64,000 nucleotides of DNA from a virus. The notes under the pieces are model-generated. The model had not been told where the DNA came from. It was given only the letters and a program-made list of their open reading frames with translations, and did not search any database. A program made the translations under genes and the position numbers. Numbering within the stretch: position 1 is the stretch's first letter; each line of letters begins with the position of its first letter. The stretch lies in IMG/VR virus record IMGVR_UViG_3300042553_000685; one strand, given 5' to 3'. This document shows positions 59,755 through 64,000 of this stretch, piece by piece.

Positions 59755-59904
59755 ATGAACATCATTCTTAATGTTATTTTATCTATTGTAGTATTCACAA
59801 TACTTGTACTAATTGTTGCTTTTATTATGGTTTATACAATTAGTTTTTTTGATGGGTTTATTAAAGCTCTTAAAGATTTTGTCAATACTCGAAAAAATAA
59901 ATAA
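59755..59904 (+). CDS. Small membrane peptide (49 aa)
   Basis: MNIILNVILSIVVFTILVLIVAFIMVYTISFFDGFIKALKDFVNTRKNK, in a very AT-rich spacer. Below the ORF-track cut-off. Confidence 0.35.
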   Translation: MNIILNVILSIVVFTILVLIVAFIMVYTISFFDGFIKALKDFVNTRKNK

Positions 59905-59993
59905 TATAATCCCTCTCTAGAATAATTTGCTGATACTCAAGAGAGGAACTATACGCTAAGTCAATTAATCAGTGGCAAGATTTTGCCACTCTC

Positions 59994-60482
59994 TCAAGAG
60001 ATTAGAATATCAATAAAGTGACTAGGTAGGTTACAGATCTGAGCATACCCAGCCCATTGACTTTTATGCTCCGGCGCGATGTTAGGAGTAGCCAGGCTCC
60101 AAACCATTGCAAAAGATTCTGCCCGCCCCAGACTTGCTTGAGATAGAGCTACTTGTAGACTCCCTGCAAGTAATGGATTTAAAGGAAGCAATTGCTGATA
60201 GAATTGGTTGAACTCGGCATCTACTAATATTAGCCGGGCAAATTCTACCCAATCAGGAGTAGGAATAGAAGGGGGAATTAATTCTAAACTAAATTCCAAT
60301 CCGTTCCAGTTTAATTGATGAGTAGTTGGGTCATAATCCGGTTCTTCGACTGCAAAATAGCCAGCATCGGCTATCTCTTCAGCGGTGTAATTTCCCCCAG
60401 TACGGGAGAACCCATCACTGAGAAAAATTCTATCGGGTAGTTGTTGAGGGTATTGCCCTCTTAAGGAATACAGAGTAGTCAT
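59994..60482 (-). CDS. Hypothetical protein, last gene of the fibre-like operon (possible fibre chaperone by position)
   Basis: 162-codon ORF directly after the LamG-like gene. Confidence 0.5.
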   Translation of the reverse strand: MTTLYSLRGQYPQQLPDRIFLSDGFSRTGGNYTAEEIADAGYFAVEEPDYDPTTHQLNWNGLEFSLELIPPSIPTPDWVEFARLILVDAEFNQFYQQLLPLNPLLAGSLQVALSQASLGRAESFAMVWSLATPNIAPEHKSQWAGYAQICNLPSHFIDILIS

Positions 60483-60490
60483 AGTTGCAA

Positions 60491-61243
60491 TTAGCTCATA
60501 TAAGTGTCGGTTTCAGGATTAAAGTTTGTTAGATACCGAGCAGCTTTAGTGACTCGGAAATTGTCGATATTGGCACCCCAGCAATAACCTGTAGAGAAAT
60601 AAATTCCAATATTATAAAAAGTTTGAGTATAATTAATGGCATTAGTGGCTTGATTGATTAAGGCTCCATTTAAATATAATCTTGATTGGTTAGCTCCCGT
60701 GCCCTGACGAACATAAGCAAGGTGAAACCAACTACCGAGAGGAATTGTCGCTATATTACTAGCATTAGATAATTGTAACAAATTACTAGAAACAAACAAA
60801 ATAGAAGTAAAAGTGCTATTACTTGTACCAAATGATAGAAGTCCGTGACTAGAGCGAGAGGTGGCGGCAAATAGCCACATCTCAATAGTAAAATTCCCAG
60901 TTCCCAATGCTAAATTAGGGTGATTGACACTTAAATACCCGTTTGTATCAGGAAACAAGCCAGAAGCAGCTCCGTATTTAGATCGAGTGGTACTCGTTGT
61001 TACCCCCGTGGTTCCCAGTCGCGAAACTGGTAGTAACAGTGGACCACTGTCAGCAAACACGATCCCATTGTTTGCGCCATCAAATCGAAGATCGCAAACA
61101 ACACTATTAATGAAAGGATCATTAGATCGAATCCAAAGATTTCGCCTTTGCCGATTATAAACATCAAGAACACTCCAATTCCCTGGTCTATTGGCTCCAT
61201 CCCAAGGGGGTTGAGAGCCCATGAAGCCACCTTCACGTGTCAT
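60491..61243 (-). CDS. LamG/concanavalin-like domain protein (fibre/receptor-binding candidate)
   Basis: GNFTIEMWLFAATSRSSHGLLSFG...GSWFHLAYVRQGTGANQSRLYLNGALI fits the Laminin_G_3 pattern. I prefer ATG 61243 (ATGA overlap with the upstream stop). Confidence 0.6.
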   Translation of the reverse strand: MTREGGFMGSQPPWDGANRPGNWSVLDVYNRQRRNLWIRSNDPFINSVVCDLRFDGANNGIVFADSGPLLLPVSRLGTTGVTTSTTRSKYGAASGLFPDTNGYLSVNHPNLALGTGNFTIEMWLFAATSRSSHGLLSFGTSNSTFTSILFVSSNLLQLSNASNIATIPLGSWFHLAYVRQGTGANQSRLYLNGALINQATNAINYTQTFYNIGIYFSTGYCWGANIDNFRVTKAARYLTNFNPETDTYMS

Positions 61244-61563
61244 AAAAACTCCGTACAACCTATTAACATATCCATTACATTAGGGGCAGAAGCTGAAGCC
61301 CTTAACTTCTGATTCGGCTTGACGATAATAGGGCTAGAAATAGGAACAAAACTAGACCCAACTGGGATAGGTATCGTAAAGCTAATGAAACACAAAATCG
61401 TGTTTTCGCTATTAGTTAAAACCAGATTTAAGTCGGTTGCCGTCGACGCCCTATTACAACAAAGAATTGAGAAGACAGATACGACTGATACGCCGCTAGG
61501 AGGGACGTACACATCCTGAAAGGATGTCGTCAGTCCTGAAAAAGTAGCGTTATTTAGTGCCAT
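61240..61563 (-). CDS. Hypothetical protein (fibre operon)
   Basis: 107-codon ORF with an ATG start. Confidence 0.5.
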   Translation of the reverse strand: MALNNATFSGLTTSFQDVYVPPSGVSVVSVFSILCCNRASTATDLNLVLTNSENTILCFISFTIPIPVGSSFVPISSPIIVKPNQKLRASASAPNVMDMLIGCTEFL

Positions 61564-61566
61564 TTA

Positions 61567-61794
61567 TTATCCTAATCCTATAGCTAGGAGGTACTCGTAA
61601 GTAGCCAGAGAGGTAATTTCAGAGCCGCCGCCGCCGCCGCCCCCATTCTCTTGATTTATAGGATAAGCTACGCTTCCCGTGGCATCTGACGCGTAAATCG
61701 TAAACCCAGCTCCTACCCGTACGAAGTATATGGCATTAGGTGTGAGAGTAGCAGGCAGGCCTCCTGTTACTTTTTGAGGGTGAAAAACTACCAT
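61567..61794 (-). CDS. Small protein with poly-Gly tract
   Basis: 75 codons. GGGGGG is encoded by (GCC)5 on the plus strand at 61624-61638. Confidence 0.5.
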   Translation of the reverse strand: MVVFHPQKVTGGLPATLTPNAIYFVRVGAGFTIYASDATGSVAYPINQENGGGGGGGSEITSLATYEYLLAIGLG

Positions 61795-62366
61795 GCGATG
61801 GGCCCCTCCCAGCCAATTTTGGGCAAGGCATTATTATAGGTAAAAAGTCCGTCAGCATTTTCTCCTATTTTATTAAGTTGGCTCAAATTCCCATTGTGAA
61901 CGTGGCTATTAGATACTGCCGTATCGATAGCACTAGGAGAGCTAATAGGCCTTCCCTGAATATTAGCCCACTGGAGAATTAGATCGAGTGATTCCGCTTC
62001 ACTTATTTTAATCCAAGAAGTTGTAGAAAATCGATAGATATAAGTGGCTGCGCCGCTTGCCACAGTGGCATCGCCAGTTGCGTCTAGTACCAGAACCTGA
62101 GTATTCTCAGTTGGAGATAGGGCATTTCTAGCTGCTATATTAGCTACAATCGGCATTTCACCAGCTAATCCAGAAATTGAAGCATCGATTAATGCCTGAA
62201 TATCTACATCTGTCAATAGTCGCTTTAGAGCAGTCCCAGAAGTATTGCTTACATATATTTCAATATAGTTCGGTTTGCCCTGAGGCGCAACAAAAAATAC
62301 AGCGTTACCCTCGCAGGGTAGCGATGGGACTGCAGTTAATTTAGAGGGCTTAAAAGTTGTACTCAT
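61788..62366 (-). CDS. Hypothetical protein (fibre operon)
   Basis: I prefer ATG 62366 (MSTTFKPSKL), 5 nt after the upstream stop. The track uses TTG 62387. Confidence 0.5.
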   Translation of the reverse strand: MSTTFKPSKLTAVPSLPCEGNAVFFVAPQGKPNYIEIYVSNTSGTALKRLLTDVDIQALIDASISGLAGEMPIVANIAARNALSPTENTQVLVLDATGDATVASGAATYIYRFSTTSWIKISEAESLDLILQWANIQGRPISSPSAIDTAVSNSHVHNGNLSQLNKIGENADGLFTYNNALPKIGWEGPIAW

Positions 62367-62370
62367 ATTT

Positions 62371-62847
62371 TTACCAGTCTGTAACAATCCATTGTTGTTT
62401 TAGGCTATCGAGCCATTCTTGCTCCGTGCCAATAAAACTATTGTTCAAGGCTACTTGATAAGCGGATAGCCCAATAGGGCCCTGTAGTTGTCCACCATTA
62501 ATCCACGCTATACCCGACCAAGTGTAAAGAATACCTTGAATTAGGTAACCATGTCCTATAGAGGGGTTAGTAGGCAGATCGCCTATAGAATTAAGATTAC
62601 CTTTAATTAATAGAGGCGGGCCAGGCGGGCCAGGAAATCCAGGAGGAACATCTTTAAGCACTAATGCACTTAGGCGCTGTTCTCCTTGAAGACTACCTAT
62701 CTTGTCGCGTATACCAATAGCACTGGCAGCCTCTGATAGATTACCTCCACCTATGGCGATGAGGTCGCTGGGCGTATCCGTTATTATTAAACTGGTCTGA
62801 CCCGAATCCGGGATTACTAGAGTAATTGGTGGGCTCATGAGAGACAT
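62371..62847 (-). CDS. Collagen-like-repeat fibre protein
   Basis: The PGFPGPPGPP segment is followed by a Gly-rich beta-like C-terminus. First gene of the operon. Confidence 0.55.
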   Translation of the reverse strand: MSLMSPPITLVIPDSGQTSLIITDTPSDLIAIGGGNLSEAASAIGIRDKIGSLQGEQRLSALVLKDVPPGFPGPPGPPLLIKGNLNSIGDLPTNPSIGHGYLIQGILYTWSGIAWINGGQLQGPIGLSAYQVALNNSFIGTEQEWLDSLKQQWIVTDW

Positions 62848-63209
62848 CGTTGATTATAATTTACACATACAGGATTAGGCAGGCACTAGGCAGGCATGCA
62901 CTAACTAAAACTATGCGTGGCTAGTTTTATAGCAAAGGCTATTCACACAAAACACAGTCATATTATGACTGACGTTCTAGATTACATCACTATCTATGTT
63001 TCATAGCTAGTTATAATTCCTGCGGAAGGTTTATCTTGTGGCATCCACGACACACTCTACAGCGTGACGGCTTTAGTTGATTTGTCTCTAGAGTTGCCGA
63101 CGGCGAAAGAGATATACAATGTTTACAAAAACAATAACGCCCATTTCAGCGTAGAGGTTATAAAAAGTGGCTATCACTTTTACAGCATTTGGTAACAAGC
63201 AATTAAGTC

Positions 63210-63233
63210 AAAACGGGAATAATTTCCCGTTTT
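63210..63233. terminator. Symmetric hairpin (bidirectional terminator-like)
   Basis: aaaacggga (63210-18) pairs with tcccgtttt (63225-33). Confidence 0.4.
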
Positions 63234-63752
63234 ATGTTAACACTAGCATTAACAAAGATTATGAACATATACAAAAGATTGGGCGCAAAAACGGTATCTT
63301 TGGCTAATATGTGGAACGCAAAACCTCCGTTTATCGGGGAAGACGGTAATCCCTGTGAAGAAACTGTAAAATGGGCATTAAACAAACAAGGTTTTGTCGA
63401 TACAGATAATATTAAGTTTGATTCTTGCTGTTATTTAAAAGATGCCTGGACGGATTCTGTTGTCGCTGTCGTTCCTGCTACAGCTACTAGAAATGAAGAA
63501 ACGATCTACTTGCATCCTAGTCTTAGCGGTATCTTAGGGGAGTTTTACGCTGAATGTTGCCGGGTCGATAGTCAAGAAATTATTATCGGACCATATCAAC
63601 CACATCAAATAGAAAAAGCTTTTGATGACTGCATAAAAAAGCGCAAGATGTACTTGAGTACATCAAAAGTAAGTGTATTTATACCAAAGGTGCTAATCTT
63701 GATAAAAGATTTACTTTTTTACATGATGATGGCTGGTATTGCGATGGTATAA
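63234..63752 (+). CDS. Hypothetical protein
   Basis: 172-codon ORF. ATG 63234 abuts the hairpin; an alternative ATG is at 63261. Confidence 0.5.
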   Translation: MLTLALTKIMNIYKRLGAKTVSLANMWNAKPPFIGEDGNPCEETVKWALNKQGFVDTDNIKFDSCCYLKDAWTDSVVAVVPATATRNEETIYLHPSLSGILGEFYAECCRVDSQEIIIGPYQPHQIEKAFDDCIKKRKMYLSTSKVSVFIPKVLILIKDLLFYMMMAGIAMV

Positions 63753-64000
63753 AAGTTGTTTTTTTGCCTGTTAGTTTTAATTGTCTTCCAGCAATTAAAG
63801 GATTTTTCTATTTACCTCAAGAGTGATTTGCAACTTTATAATCTTAATTATGTTTCTTAGATAAGAAGATTTTGAAGTTTTAAAATCTTCTGTCTTAAAT
63901 ATTGTTAAGTTACAAGATCACTCTCTATCAGGCGTACCGCTGACAAGAATAGCTTTAATCTGTGATAAGCATCCTGAGATAATCAAAAAGCAAGGGATTA

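Noticed and set aside
63203-63385. ORF 63203..63385 (-), 60 aa.
   Set aside because: It is antisense to the longer plus-strand ORF 63234..63752 and spans the symmetric hairpin. It has no start context.

Overview
The window looks like about 64 kb of a contractile-tailed dsDNA phage genome. It is probably a cyanophage. That is an inference from one cyanobacterial HIP1 site, a CRISPR-repeat-like sequence of a type I remember from cyanobacteria, and an IS607 element. It reminds me of Microcystis Ma-LMM01-like myoviruses, but I cannot verify that.

Layout:
(i) 1-21.0 kb: minus-strand virion operon. It holds a candidate -1 frameshift pair, portal, a Mu gpI-like protease/scaffold, capsid, sheath, tube, and spike/baseplate proteins with lysozyme-like, M23 and amidase-like domains.
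(ii) 21.1-31.8 kb: one giant plus-strand ORF (about 3,560 codons). It has an N-terminal HKD/PLD motif, a beta-prime-like ...NP....N.GDFDGD motif and a hydrophobic Gly-rich C-terminus.
(iii) 31.8-37.9 kb: minus-strand block with a PAAR protein and two endolysins.
(iv) 38.2-47.3 kb: plus-strand array of small genes. Each is preceded by the same cassette (GC hairpin, TTTTTCC, TTCTAGTGA, TAnAA-like box, CCTAGGAGG). The array ends in a 1,693-codon ORF with an Arg-rich N-terminus, HExxH and a second beta-prime-like motif (INPLLWHAVNEGDADGDQ).
(v) 47.3-47.8 kb: non-coding region full of repeats and hairpins.
(vi) 47.8-54.3 kb: small genes, including a host-like FGE-sulfatase-domain protein and membrane proteins.
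(vii) 54.3-56.3 kb: an intact IS607-type tnpA-tnpB element. Just downstream of tnpB lie a near-consensus sigma70-type promoter and a 37-nt CRISPR-repeat-like sequence ending in ATTGAAAC. At the guide position sits a 48-nt copy of the 3' two-thirds of a tRNA(CAT) gene; the intact gene is at 57448-57520.
(viii) 58-64 kb: lower-GC block with two homologous long palindromes and a tail-fibre-like operon (collagen-like, LamG-like).

Best candidates for something new:
- A possible phage-autonomous transcription system: two divergent two-barrel RNAP-like giants plus the 10-fold repeated hairpin cassette.
- The TnpB-adjacent repeat-plus-tRNA-matching guide locus.
- The A_AAA_AAG frameshift site.

All functional calls come from motifs I read by eye. 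No searches were run.
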